Origin: an uncultured bacterium
GTDB lineage: Bacteria; Cyanobacteriota; Vampirovibrionia; Gastranaerophilales; Gastranaerophilaceae
DNA: 64,000 nucleotides
Direction: 5' to 3'
NCBI GenBank assembly: GCA_902461945.1
Contig: CABPZQ010000001.1
Coordinates: 114,004-178,003 of the forward strand
A program made the translations under genes and the position numbers. Positions 23,101 to 32,337 of this stretch are shown in pieces. The notes beneath the pieces were generated by a model that was not told where the DNA came from, ran no database searches, and saw only the letters and a program-made list of their open reading frames with translations. Within the stretch, counting starts at the first letter, position 1. The number at the start of each line of letters is the position of its first letter.

Positions 23101-23839
23101 TTCTGCATTATTACAAAATCCTGGCAGATTAGGCTCCGCAAATAGAGGAGGAGCAAAGATTGGCATGGGTATGGGACTAGGTATTATCGGAGTCATTCTT
23201 GCAATAGCAATTGTAGGCATAATTGGATTTTCAGTATCAAAAATGTTGAATAAACCAGCTGATGACACTCCACAACCAATTACAGATGACCCAATTCCTA
23301 CAAACACGGATAATGGAGTTGCAGATGTAAACACACTAAATGTGAATCCAGATAATGTTGTAAACATGGATAGCACAAACAATACACCTGCTCTTCCTGC
23401 AGCTAAACCTGCAAAACAAAAACCAGTAGTAACTTCGCAACAACCGACAACAGTTCAACAACCAGCCAGACAGCAAAAAGTAATGCCTGCAACCTCATTC
23501 ATCGAAATTAACAAACTGACTTGGGAAATACCTGATTATATTTCATACAACGAGCAATTTAAACAATACTTCCAAGCAGCCGGTAAAAGTTTAAAATTAT
23601 CTTTAAATAGCGATTTACTTCTGGCAACAGATTATGCATATTCAGATCAAATAAGAGTAACTGTTACTTTTGCTAAAGATGGCACGTTTAAAGATGCAAA
23701 AATCTTATTATCAAGTGGCTCAAATCAAATAGATAATATTGTGTTACAAACTGTTAACCAAACCTTAAGAGTCCTTAAAGCCCCTCATAGCGTAGGAAAT
23801 GACGAAAGCACCACAGTTATACTTAAAATTTATTTTTAA
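20174..23839 (+). CDS. giant acidic single-pass membrane protein with C-terminal TonB-C-like domain
   Basis: Start at MVGKQ with a GAGGAGGAG RBS. There is a structured N-domain of about 200 aa, then a D/E-rich low-complexity region of about 800 aa. It then has one TM helix (GIIGVILAIAIVGIIGF), a P/T/Q-rich linker and a C-terminal block VTVTFAKDGTFKDAKILLSSGSNQIDNIVLQTV. That block resembles the TonB C-terminal fold. Confidence 0.65.
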   Translation: MVGKQDTLIYIEQENKTEAEFMSRSFVNSTIKNRAYINALGAELVMKYLASEGIDISDTHNMHSISKILEKIDISDILLPNIHIDVRVIFDENQIFIPKTHFQLEITPDIYVVLKLAKDFSHVEFLGYFEPDSLNLKLCNNDYYFFEKEKLHAPSTLKQFIKNFTGNTSRGLSQDDILRGRELSIAMADHNISDSEQKELIELLLLSSELRESVLEFDNFETLSYSVGSTLSKNNTEQTKSAAIILDPEQDTSEQNEEQQNNQEEQTGNTEENIEDLTDNTLEEIDFSNTQDDIVLDESFFELTEPETAENLSGNKADTEQPEAEAENILDFEQKDSSVTNISDIQNPQEETLLEIEDLVTTEENIEPLEELELNSQDLILPEAETLQLDENIPQEENTLEKTVGDAVQKALKKSEEISTPANDDNIEQGASKDAIKLAGVSGDIVNELLNKNIESQQEELNKIDYSQISTNATEVPEHIAAYDLSSAKIEMDAQAEASGQFDTPKDLSDFKTVEIKQTIGEEETFVPETIDLESMESVETEDFNENTESIVDLEHLSTIDSPTKPVDDLEEKLQNNNSDEHLSDMNFSNMSSFTINEDGSSPIDDIDINFNNDNDEHLVDFGPASNTLIIDDTPQQYYSSSTDESLEADLMLEDGFSTDEIFEPETKKEEVTLVDDTPQETSNNTNETITMEELSIDETFEDTMSLDDSNILLDENLSGEEFDLATETTIEELSPSLENDESLNILAENLAEPMFEEPLPENDIIINETIEPNNKADIESIELPAAQIDTGDELSPDMLLDNVINNIETDKNMTANETVSEEIQTNINETIELPESTILEETNFEQIQLPNEVSETSTTQESDIIQNNSLELDNQDWLNDTTYDNIPDAEIQAQSDIETMEPDNILDELSPEEFITEPEPNNEKIFAVTENSVTISDMNFTPGEIPIDINNNEQPQLDGPEQLESIYDTDNSVPGSALLQNPGRLGSANRGGAKIGMGMGLGIIGVILAIAIVGIIGFSVSKMLNKPADDTPQPITDDPIPTNTDNGVADVNTLNVNPDNVVNMDSTNNTPALPAAKPAKQKPVVTSQQPTTVQQPARQQKVMPATSFIEINKLTWEIPDYISYNEQFKQYFQAAGKSLKLSLNSDLLLATDYAYSDQIRVTVTFAKDGTFKDAKILLSSGSNQIDNIVLQTVNQTLRVLKAPHSVGNDESTTVILKIYF

Positions 23840-23870
23840 GTATGCTATAATAATTCTATAGTAGAGGAAC

Positions 23871-24437
23871 TTGGGTGTGGAATTAACACAGGATAAGATT
23901 GATTTAATAAGTAAGATAATTAAAAACGACCGTAAATATCCAAATAATGAGGATTTGTACGACGATTTTTTCAATGAAACATGTAAACGTTCAGTTGCAA
24001 TCATTAATGCTGTTGATTCAGAAATAACACTTGAAGCTTACCTAAAACGTGTTGTTACAACATCAATTATCAATGTGCTAAAAGACTCCGGAAGATTAAG
24101 AAGAACTCGTTCCGGTTACATGTCAACAAAAGAAGTTCTGCTAGATAATCACAATAAAATAGATTACTCTAATGTGTCCGTTAGCTATACTGATATAAAA
24201 CTTCCGGATACCCCTGAAGATATTGTAATTCAAAAAGAAATTCTTGAATTTGTTTCAAATACAATTAAAAATATCGATAAAGAAGAACCGGAAAAAGACT
24301 ATTTACATATCTACACTTTGCGTTATGATAAAGGCATGACTCAGAAAGAAATTTCTGAAGAGCTTGGCATCTCTCAATCTGAAATCTCTAAAAGATTATA
24401 TAAATTGATGGATAAAGTTAAAGATATTATTGGCTAA
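23871..24437 (+). CDS. sigma-70 family RNA polymerase sigma factor (ECF-like size)
   Basis: C-terminal region-4 HTH LRYDKGMTQKEISEELGISQSEISKRLYKLMDK. The start is TTG at 23871 or GTG at 23877, with an AGGA 9 nt upstream of the GTG. Confidence 0.6.
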   Translation: MGVELTQDKIDLISKIIKNDRKYPNNEDLYDDFFNETCKRSVAIINAVDSEITLEAYLKRVVTTSIINVLKDSGRLRRTRSGYMSTKEVLLDNHNKIDYSNVSVSYTDIKLPDTPEDIVIQKEILEFVSNTIKNIDKEEPEKDYLHIYTLRYDKGMTQKEISEELGISQSEISKRLYKLMDKVKDIIG

Positions 24438-24445
24438 TTTTTAAT

Positions 24446-27409
24446 ATGAAATGTCCTGTTTGTAAAAAAAATATTTCAAAATCGGTATTAAAATGTCCTT
24501 ATTGCAAAACCAGAGTAGGTTTGTTATGCAGCAACTGCAATACAATCAATTCTGTTGGCAATTTTGTCTGCAAAAAATGCGGAGAAGAATTGTTAAAAAT
24601 TTGTCCACACTGTAAAAGTGTAAATTTTCCAGGTGCAGCCAAATGCAGAAAATGCGGTCTACAGTTTAATATCCCTAAGAACACCACTGAAGATAATACC
24701 CCTCAAAACCTGCTATACAAACCCAAACTGTACAATAGAGAGAAGGCTTTAGAGATTTTGACAGATGACCTGCTTGCCAAAGAAAAAAAAATATTTTCTA
24801 TAACCGGAGACAAAGGTATTGGCAAAAGCACATTGCTAACGAAAGCAATGGCAAAATTAAACAATTATAATTTTCAATGGTGTACGGGTAAATGCACCTC
24901 ACTGAGCCAGCTAAGTCCCGGCGGCGTAATTCAAGATATGCTGCTAAATCTGTTTAAACTGCCGAATTATTGTATTAATAATGACGAACTGAAAAAAGAT
25001 GCAGTTAAATTTTTTACAAATGAATTTAAATTCCTAAATCAAGACGAAATTCTGATATTTTTTAATTTCCTTTACAACTTTCAAGATGGAAATTATGAAG
25101 AGATTATAAATAATAAAAAACGCACTTATAATATTTTACTGCAAATTTTTGAGGCATTCACGCACACTGAAAAATTTATCTACGTAATTGACAATTTTGA
25201 TTTTATAGACGGCTTTTCTATCGAATTTTTCACACATTTCATGCAAAAAAATTCCAATTGGAATAATTTAAAATTTATTGCAATATACAATGAACACAAA
25301 CCAATAAATAATTTTTTCAATTTTGAAGATAAAGATACAAAAGCGTATGTTGACATAAACCTCGCACCGCTTACGATAAAAGAACTTGAACACAGTATAA
25401 AACTCACAGGTGAGGCTGGAACTTACGTTACAGAAAGAGAAAAAGAAGTCATTTTTGCAAAAAGTAATGGGAATCCTGCATTTGTTGAACAGGCAATCAG
25501 CTACTCATTTGATTGTCAAATAGCAGACAAAGCGTTTTTACTACCTAATAATTTTGAATTTCTGATAAAAGAAAGACTAGAAACTCTAAAAAAAATAAAC
25601 AATGCAGCATACAAACTGCTTAGCGGGGCTGCAATTTTAGGAGATAAACTTAATCTGGCTCTTTTAAAAGAAATTTTTGGCTACAAGAATCAAGAATTTA
25701 ACGACATAATTTCATATCTTGTGAAATCAAGCTTTGTAAAACCGTACAGCGAAATTTATTATGAATTCAACAATCTTTTATTATGGGAAACAGTATTAAA
25801 AAATATAACTCATAATATAGAATTTGAAGAACTTAATATAAAAATAGGCAAAGCTTTGAGTATTTATACGCTTAACACCAATGCAACAATGGCTATGCTA
25901 GCTCATAATTTAAAAGAAAACCGTATGGCATTTGATATCTGGACTAAAACAACAAGGCTGGCTTCATACATTGGAGATATAAACTTATATGTAATCTCGC
26001 AAAAACAGTGCCTTGCACTCCTGAATGAATTTAATGAAAACGAAACATTAAATATCCGATATAACATTAGCGAAAGGCTTGGTAAATTGTTAACAGAATA
26101 TGATCCGGAAGAAGCTCTGGAATATTTACCTGATGCAATTTCTCATGCCAAATCAAATAACGACGAAACGAAAGAAATAGAACTGTTAGGATATTTAGCA
26201 CTATGCTGCAAAAAAACGGGTAACTATTTTGGTGACGTAGAATGCGTTGACAATGTTCTAAACAAAATGAAACCAAATCAGGAACTTGAAACAGCAATGA
26301 TAAAAAGTACAAAAATACCATCATTGCTCAATATAGGTAATTGCGGAGAAGTAATAAACCTTATAGACAACGATATTTTACCTATTCTGGATTCATATTT
26401 AACAAAACCACGTTTAAATAAATCACTTCCTCTTGGTTTATTATATGAAACCTGGCTTGAAGTTTACCTTTCTTTAGGAACAGCTCTTGCACTACAAGGA
26501 AATGATAGAGCTTTCACAATCTTAAATAATCTATTTGATATCATTGATAAACAAAAAATTAATGATAAAGCTTTAGTTTGCAAAGCCAAATTAATACTGG
26601 CATATGCAAATACAATGAAGGGCAATTTCAGAACATCAGAAAATATACTCCAAGGTTTGAGTAACCTTTTGGAAGCTGATGAAAATTGGATTAGCCCTGA
26701 AATAATTTCAAAATACAATCTAACAAACATAATTAATAAATTTCTGGAAAAGAAATACGACAATTTACAGCAAATACTATCAGATGCCGTAATTTTTGCA
26801 AATGATACAGGAGATAATTTTACTAAAAATATCTTAAAACTTTTACTTGGTAAAATGTTCAAGGATAACAAACAGGCAAAACATGCTGTTGAAATTTATA
26901 ATGAACAAATAACATATTTTGCTAAAGAAAAAATAGCACTGGGTGCATTACTTTCGTGGTATTTAATAGCAGAGGCTACAATGGTTACTGAATCACCAAA
27001 AAATGCTATTGAAATTGCTTCTCAAGCATTGGAAATTGCCCAAAATCCGCAAATCAATAATACCTATTTTATTGTTTTATTAAAAACTCTTATAGCAAAA
27101 GCGTATATAGAAATTTCAGATTACGAAACAGCTAAAATAAACATTGAATCCGCAATAATTTTAGCAAAAAAATATAGCCAGAATGATTTACTCTCACGAG
27201 TATATTTATTGTATGGCAAATATTATCAAGAACTCGGCACTGTGCAGTCGCCAAAACAGAATGAATATCTTAAAGCATCTGCAAAAATGTATGAACAAGC
27301 AATGGATATCGTTGGAGAAAAAACTCGAAATATATATGTAAAAAATCAAATCGAAGAACAGAAAAAAATCCTCATATCATATTGCGATTTAAACGGATTT
27401 AATAAATAA
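24446..27409 (+). CDS. zinc-ribbon / P-loop NTPase (STAND-like) / TPR-like repeat protein
   Basis: There are three CxxC...CxxC zinc ribbons in the first 70 aa, a Walker A (GDKGIGKST) and a Walker B (FIYVIDNFD). A long helical repeat C-terminus follows. It starts 8 bp after the sigma factor. Confidence 0.7.
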   Translation: MKCPVCKKNISKSVLKCPYCKTRVGLLCSNCNTINSVGNFVCKKCGEELLKICPHCKSVNFPGAAKCRKCGLQFNIPKNTTEDNTPQNLLYKPKLYNREKALEILTDDLLAKEKKIFSITGDKGIGKSTLLTKAMAKLNNYNFQWCTGKCTSLSQLSPGGVIQDMLLNLFKLPNYCINNDELKKDAVKFFTNEFKFLNQDEILIFFNFLYNFQDGNYEEIINNKKRTYNILLQIFEAFTHTEKFIYVIDNFDFIDGFSIEFFTHFMQKNSNWNNLKFIAIYNEHKPINNFFNFEDKDTKAYVDINLAPLTIKELEHSIKLTGEAGTYVTEREKEVIFAKSNGNPAFVEQAISYSFDCQIADKAFLLPNNFEFLIKERLETLKKINNAAYKLLSGAAILGDKLNLALLKEIFGYKNQEFNDIISYLVKSSFVKPYSEIYYEFNNLLLWETVLKNITHNIEFEELNIKIGKALSIYTLNTNATMAMLAHNLKENRMAFDIWTKTTRLASYIGDINLYVISQKQCLALLNEFNENETLNIRYNISERLGKLLTEYDPEEALEYLPDAISHAKSNNDETKEIELLGYLALCCKKTGNYFGDVECVDNVLNKMKPNQELETAMIKSTKIPSLLNIGNCGEVINLIDNDILPILDSYLTKPRLNKSLPLGLLYETWLEVYLSLGTALALQGNDRAFTILNNLFDIIDKQKINDKALVCKAKLILAYANTMKGNFRTSENILQGLSNLLEADENWISPEIISKYNLTNIINKFLEKKYDNLQQILSDAVIFANDTGDNFTKNILKLLLGKMFKDNKQAKHAVEIYNEQITYFAKEKIALGALLSWYLIAEATMVTESPKNAIEIASQALEIAQNPQINNTYFIVLLKTLIAKAYIEISDYETAKINIESAIILAKKYSQNDLLSRVYLLYGKYYQELGTVQSPKQNEYLKASAKMYEQAMDIVGEKTRNIYVKNQIEEQKKILISYCDLNGFNK

Positions 27410-27446
27410 AGAGAGTTTAGTAAAAAACTCTCTTTATTTATTTTTG
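27408..27446 (+). terminator. rho-independent terminator
   Basis: aaagagagttt-agtaaa-aaactctcttt, then a T-rich tract. Confidence 0.65.
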
Positions 27447-27461
27447 AATAAAAATTTTCAA

Positions 27462-27776
27462 TTATTTTTTAAAGATTGCACTAACAAAATCTGATATTGT
27501 TGACTTCTTTTTAAAAGGAGCATTCAAATCCTCTACCAATTTAATTCTAGCTAAATTTGATAAATAAGCTTTGCGCCAGCTATTTATGCTTTGCCTAAAA
27601 TTAGTAGCAGGTGGACCTGAAACCTGCACCAGCTTATCAATATAATATCTATTATGCTTAGCTTTAATAGGTTCCTTTGCTGCCTTATTAATAACTCTTC
27701 TATCCTGAGTAGCTCCAATTGCAGCAGTTACGATTCTTTGTATTTTCATATTCGGGGTCTTCTTTCTTGGGGACAA
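27462..27776 (-). CDS. small basic hypothetical protein (104 aa)
   Basis: Lys/Arg-rich ORF. No recognisable motifs. Confidence 0.35.
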   Translation of the reverse strand: MSPRKKTPNMKIQRIVTAAIGATQDRRVINKAAKEPIKAKHNRYYIDKLVQVSGPPATNFRQSINSWRKAYLSNLARIKLVEDLNAPFKKKSTISDFVSAIFKK

Positions 27777-27826
27777 AAACCGGCCTATTAAATAGACCGG
27801 TTTTTATAAACTATAATAACTAATAA

Positions 27827-29992
27827 TTAGTGGCAGCAGCCGCAAGAGCAAGAACCGCATTCACAACCTAATGCAGCATTTGCTTCTTCCATACGAACTT
27901 TAATACGTCCGTCAACCGCAATACCTTCACCTGTTTTTTCAGAAATTAACAATGGGTTAATATCTAATTCATCAATGAAGCTGAAATCGTGAACTAATTG
28001 AGATAATCTTAATAGAGTTTCTTCAATTTGTTCCATCTGAGCAGGTTTAGTACCTCTAGCACCTTCTAACAATTTATATGCTTTAACTGATTTAATCATT
28101 TCTTTAGCATCTACATCTGTCAAAGGTGCAATTCTGAAAGTTACGTCTTTCATAACTTCGATAAATACACCACCTAAACCGAACATCATCATTGGACCGT
28201 ATTGAGGATCAGTAGCAATACCACAAACCATTTCACGGTTACCTTTTACCATTTCCTGGATGATAACACCTTCTAAACCATCAACTAATCCTTTTTCTGT
28301 TAATTTTGCAATTAAGTCTTGATATTCAGCTCTTAATTGTTCTGCAGATTGAATATTAACTCTTACACCGCCAACATCTGTTTTGTGAGATGTAGTTTTA
28401 GAAGTCATTTTCATAACAACAGGATAACCAATTGAATTACCGATTTCTACAGCTTCATCTTCTGTTGTTGCGAAACCTGATTTACATACTCTGATACCAT
28501 AAGCATCCAATACATCAATTGATTCACGAGTTGTTAATTGAGCTCTACCTTCAGCTAAAGATTGTTTGATGATTCTTTTAGCTTTTTCGTAATCTACATC
28601 GTAAACCGGAATTTTACCTTCTGGTCTTTCCATCCATAATCTTTGTTGATTTAATCTGTTCAAACCATCTGCAGCTTCTTCTGCGTACATAAAGAATGGC
28701 ATATTAACTTCCATATCTGACAATTTAGTAAAGAAGTCGCTCTTAGTCATGAATACACCAATAACCGGTTTTTCAGGATGCTCAGCTTTAATTTCCATCA
28801 ATGCTTTTGCAACATCTATATCTTTCAATCCTAAGAATGGAAGATAGATTGTGATAATCATATCAACGTTAGGATCAGCAATAACTGTTTTTAAAGTTTC
28901 CTTATAGTGTTCAATAGGGGCTGAAGCAATCATATCAATTGGGTTTTTAACTGATGCTGCTGAAGGTAAGAAACTTCTTAATTTTTCTTTTGTTTCATCA
29001 GTAATTTTAGCCATTTGCATACCATATTCACAAACAGCGTCTGTAGCCATAATACCAGGACCGCCGGAGTTTGTAATAATAGCTACTCTGTCACCTTTTG
29101 GAATAGGGCAGTTTGCAAAAACTTTTGCTGTAGCAAATAAGTTTTTCAAAGAATATTCTCTGATTACACCGGATTGAGCCAACAAAGCATTTGCAGCCTT
29201 ATCCGCTCCAGCTAATGAACCAGTGTGTGAAGATGCGGCAGAAGCACCGGCAGCTGATCTTCCAGCTTTCAATGCAAGAATAGGTTTCTTTCTTGATATT
29301 CTTGATGCTAATTTTCTAAAGTTAGATGGGTTTTGGATTGATTCCATGTACAACAAAATTTGTTCAACATCTTTATCATCTTCCCAATATTCTAAAGCAG
29401 TTTCAGCATTCACATCAGCTTGGTTACCAATTGAAATGAATTGAGCAAAACCTAAGTTTAAGTCTTTCAAGATGTTCAAAATACCGCCACCTAAAGCACC
29501 TGATTGAGAAACAAAACCAATGTGTCCGCGTTCAGGAAGAGATTCGGCGAAACATCCGTCCATTCTAATTTCAGGATCTGTATTTACAACACCTAAACAG
29601 TTAGGACCAACGCATCTCATACCATATTCTCTAACTTTTGCAAGTAATTGTTTTTCAGCTTCTGCACCTTCTTTACCAGTTTCTTTGAAGCCTGCAGTAA
29701 TGATACATAAACCTTTAATCCCTTTTTCATGGCATTGATCAATTGTTGATAATACAAATTTTGCATTTACAACAATAATAGCTAAATCAACTTCGCCAGG
29801 GATTTCATTTACAGAAGTGTAAGCTTGTAAACCTTCAATTATACCACCTTTTGGGTTAACAGGATAAATTTTACCATTAAATTTATATTCCTGCAATCTT
29901 TTCATAATATCAGAACCGATTGTGTGTTCTTTAGTTGAAGCGCCAACAACTGCGATAGCTTTTGGCTTCATAATTTTGTCTAAATTACTCAT
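27827..29992 (-). CDS. acetyl-CoA synthetase (ADP-forming), fused alpha/beta
   Basis: CoA-binding N-terminus (AVVGAS), succinyl-CoA-synthetase-like and ATP-grasp domains, 721 aa. Unusual C-terminal CECGSCSCGCCH tail. Confidence 0.8.
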   Translation of the reverse strand: MSNLDKIMKPKAIAVVGASTKEHTIGSDIMKRLQEYKFNGKIYPVNPKGGIIEGLQAYTSVNEIPGEVDLAIIVVNAKFVLSTIDQCHEKGIKGLCIITAGFKETGKEGAEAEKQLLAKVREYGMRCVGPNCLGVVNTDPEIRMDGCFAESLPERGHIGFVSQSGALGGGILNILKDLNLGFAQFISIGNQADVNAETALEYWEDDKDVEQILLYMESIQNPSNFRKLASRISRKKPILALKAGRSAAGASAASSHTGSLAGADKAANALLAQSGVIREYSLKNLFATAKVFANCPIPKGDRVAIITNSGGPGIMATDAVCEYGMQMAKITDETKEKLRSFLPSAASVKNPIDMIASAPIEHYKETLKTVIADPNVDMIITIYLPFLGLKDIDVAKALMEIKAEHPEKPVIGVFMTKSDFFTKLSDMEVNMPFFMYAEEAADGLNRLNQQRLWMERPEGKIPVYDVDYEKAKRIIKQSLAEGRAQLTTRESIDVLDAYGIRVCKSGFATTEDEAVEIGNSIGYPVVMKMTSKTTSHKTDVGGVRVNIQSAEQLRAEYQDLIAKLTEKGLVDGLEGVIIQEMVKGNREMVCGIATDPQYGPMMMFGLGGVFIEVMKDVTFRIAPLTDVDAKEMIKSVKAYKLLEGARGTKPAQMEQIEETLLRLSQLVHDFSFIDELDINPLLISEKTGEGIAVDGRIKVRMEEANAALGCECGSCSCGCCH

Positions 29993-30090
29993 TTTTCGTC
30001 CTTTCCTTTCTCTCGAAATCTATTTATTAATCATTTTGCATAATTCTTAAGATTTATTTTAATACTTTTTAAAATCATTATTCCTTATAT

Positions 30091-30444
30091 TTAATAATTT
30101 CTACGATTTGCCCATTTTCTTTTATTTTGTGCCAGCTTATTGGATTCATTTACTATATCTTCATAAGTTTGCATTGTTGCTTTGATTATAGAGTCAAACA
30201 TTACCTGTGTTTTCCTTACAAATGTTGTAACTTTAGGAGCAATTAAAGAATTTACATCCTTAGACGCTTGTACAGTTATCCCAATATTTTCCCCAGCATC
30301 TGCAATAAACAAATCGTAACTTTTCTCTTCAATTGGTATAGTTTTTAATGCTTTATTAATTTTTGCATTTTGAGCAGCATTAACAATACTATTGTGTACA
30401 GTTCCATTAAAGTTTTGTTGGTTAGAGATGTTTTGAATTTGCAT
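30091..30444 (-). CDS. hypothetical protein (117 aa)
   Basis: ORF downstream of the radical SAM gene. Confidence 0.4.
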   Translation of the reverse strand: MQIQNISNQQNFNGTVHNSIVNAAQNAKINKALKTIPIEEKSYDLFIADAGENIGITVQASKDVNSLIAPKVTTFVRKTQVMFDSIIKATMQTYEDIVNESNKLAQNKRKWANRRNY

Positions 30445-30465
30445 AATAAAATCCTTTTCTAATAA

Positions 30466-31080
30466 TTAGTAACCGTTTACAATCCACTCTCTCACTCTTA
30501 ATTCTGCACCTAATTCATTAGCTATCAATTCGCATTTTTCGACATCAAGTCTCCTGCCTTTGTAGCCATCAACAATAGAAGCATACGTTTTTATTCCAGC
30601 CTCTGAACAACATTTGATAAATTTTTTTACTTCTTCATAAGCATTTTCAAACTTTGGCTGCGAAAGTTCATCATATTCTTCTGAATTAGAAGCATTCAAA
30701 CTTACAGAAATTTCATCTATAAGTCCGATTAATTCTGTAACAATATTTTTTTTATAAACAAAATTTGCATGACCGTTAGTATTTATTCTAATTTGAACAT
30801 CCGGATATTTTTCTTTGAGATATTTTGCAACTTGCTTTAACACTTCAAATTTCAACAAAGGTTCTCCATAGCCACAAAATACAACTTCTTTAGAAATTTC
30901 AAAATTTTCAAGCTGAGAAATAACATCTTCTACTAAAAAATCTTCATTCTCAAGCCATAATTTTTGACCGCAAACATCGTCTTTATCTTTTCTCAAACAA
31001 AAAATACAATCATTTGTACATCTATTGGTTAAATTTATATAAATTTTATTTTCAAGTGAATAAACTAAAATATTTGACAT
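30466..31080 (-). CDS. small radical SAM domain protein
   Basis: CTNDCIFC (Cx3Cx2C) near the N-terminus. 204 aa. Confidence 0.65.
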   Translation of the reverse strand: MSNILVYSLENKIYINLTNRCTNDCIFCLRKDKDDVCGQKLWLENEDFLVEDVISQLENFEISKEVVFCGYGEPLLKFEVLKQVAKYLKEKYPDVQIRINTNGHANFVYKKNIVTELIGLIDEISVSLNASNSEEYDELSQPKFENAYEEVKKFIKCCSEAGIKTYASIVDGYKGRRLDVEKCELIANELGAELRVREWIVNGY

Positions 31081-31194
31081 GTTTTATCCTTTATCAACCC
31101 TATTATCTTACACACACAAATAATTTACAAGTGGGATAATAACATTGAGCCTGCGCGTCTTGAAAATAAACTCTATTTGTCCTAAATTAAATGT

Positions 31195-32337
31195 ATGTAT
31201 GAAGATTATAAAAATTTATTAGAAGATTTAAAAGAAAAATCACATTTTAGGGATTTAAAAAATTTTGAAGATAAAGATGAAAAATATATTTATTTTAAAG
31301 GCAAAAAACTTTTAAATTTATCTTCGAATAATTATTTGAATTTTGCAGATAACAAAAAAATTACTAATGAATTTTTAGAATTTGTTGGAGATAAATATTC
31401 ATTTGGAAGTGCCTCTTCTAGACTTTTAACAGGAACATTACCTGTTTATAACGAATTAGAAAATCTTTTATCATCACTTTATAACAAAGATGCAACACTT
31501 TTATATAATAGCGGATATCACGCAAATGTTGGAATTTCCAGTGCCATAAATCAAAAAGGTGATGTTATATTTTCTGATAAATTAAATCATGCCAGCATTA
31601 TTGATGGAATGAAATTATCAGAAGGTAAATTTTTCAGATTTCCACATAATGATATGGAAGCCTTAGAAAGATTACTAATCAGAGAAAGAGAAAATTATAA
31701 AAATGCTTTTATTATCACTGAAAGCGTATTTTCAATGGATGGTGATATAGAAGATTTGAAAAAAATTGTAGAATTAAAGAAAAAATATAATTGTTACATG
31801 ATTATTGATGAAGCTCACGCATTTGGTGTCTTTGGAGAAAAAGGACTGGGCGTTGCTGAAGAATTAGGAATAATAAATGATGTAGATTTAATTGTAGGAA
31901 CTTTCGGAAAATCAGCAGGTTCAATGGGAGCTTTTGTTACCGGTTCAAGAACAATGATTGATTTCTTAATAAACAAATCTCGTTCTTTTATTTTTTCGAC
32001 AGCTCTTCCTCCTATAAATATTGCTTTTTCAAAATGGATTATTGAAACTCAATTTCCAAAAACACTAGAAAAAAGAAAAAGAATGTTATCTATAGCAAAA
32101 AAATTTGGTAGTGAAAGCCACATTATCCCAATTATTGTTGGCGAAAATAAAGATACCGTTAATTTATGTGAAATACTCTTCCATAATGGGTACTTTACAC
32201 TACCTATCAGACCTCCAACTGTGCCTGTTGGAACTTCCAGAATAAGATTATCTTTAACTTGTGAAATTGAAGAAGAAGAATTAAAAACTTTAACGGAGAA
32301 AATAAATGAACACTTATTGGTTAAACAACCAAAATAA
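31195..32337 (+). CDS. bioF: 8-amino-7-oxononanoate synthase
   Basis: Class-II aminotransferase fold. PLP lysine in GTFGKSAGSMGAF. Lies upstream of bioG-bioC. Confidence 0.8.
   Translation: MYEDYKNLLEDLKEKSHFRDLKNFEDKDEKYIYFKGKKLLNLSSNNYLNFADNKKITNEFLEFVGDKYSFGSASSRLLTGTLPVYNELENLLSSLYNKDATLLYNSGYHANVGISSAINQKGDVIFSDKLNHASIIDGMKLSEGKFFRFPHNDMEALERLLIRERENYKNAFIITESVFSMDGDIEDLKKIVELKKKYNCYMIIDEAHAFGVFGEKGLGVAEELGIINDVDLIVGTFGKSAGSMGAFVTGSRTMIDFLINKSRSFIFSTALPPINIAFSKWIIETQFPKTLEKRKRMLSIAKKFGSESHIIPIIVGENKDTVNLCEILFHNGYFTLPIRPPTVPVGTSRIRLSLTCEIEEEELKTLTEKINEHLLVKQPK

Noticed and set aside
20692-23382. Multiple antisense ORFs inside the giant acidic gene (20692.., 20730.., 21189.., 21619.., 22849.., 23041..)
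   Set aside because: They are artefacts of the low-complexity GAA/GAT-rich coding strand. They have no RBS and implausible sequences.
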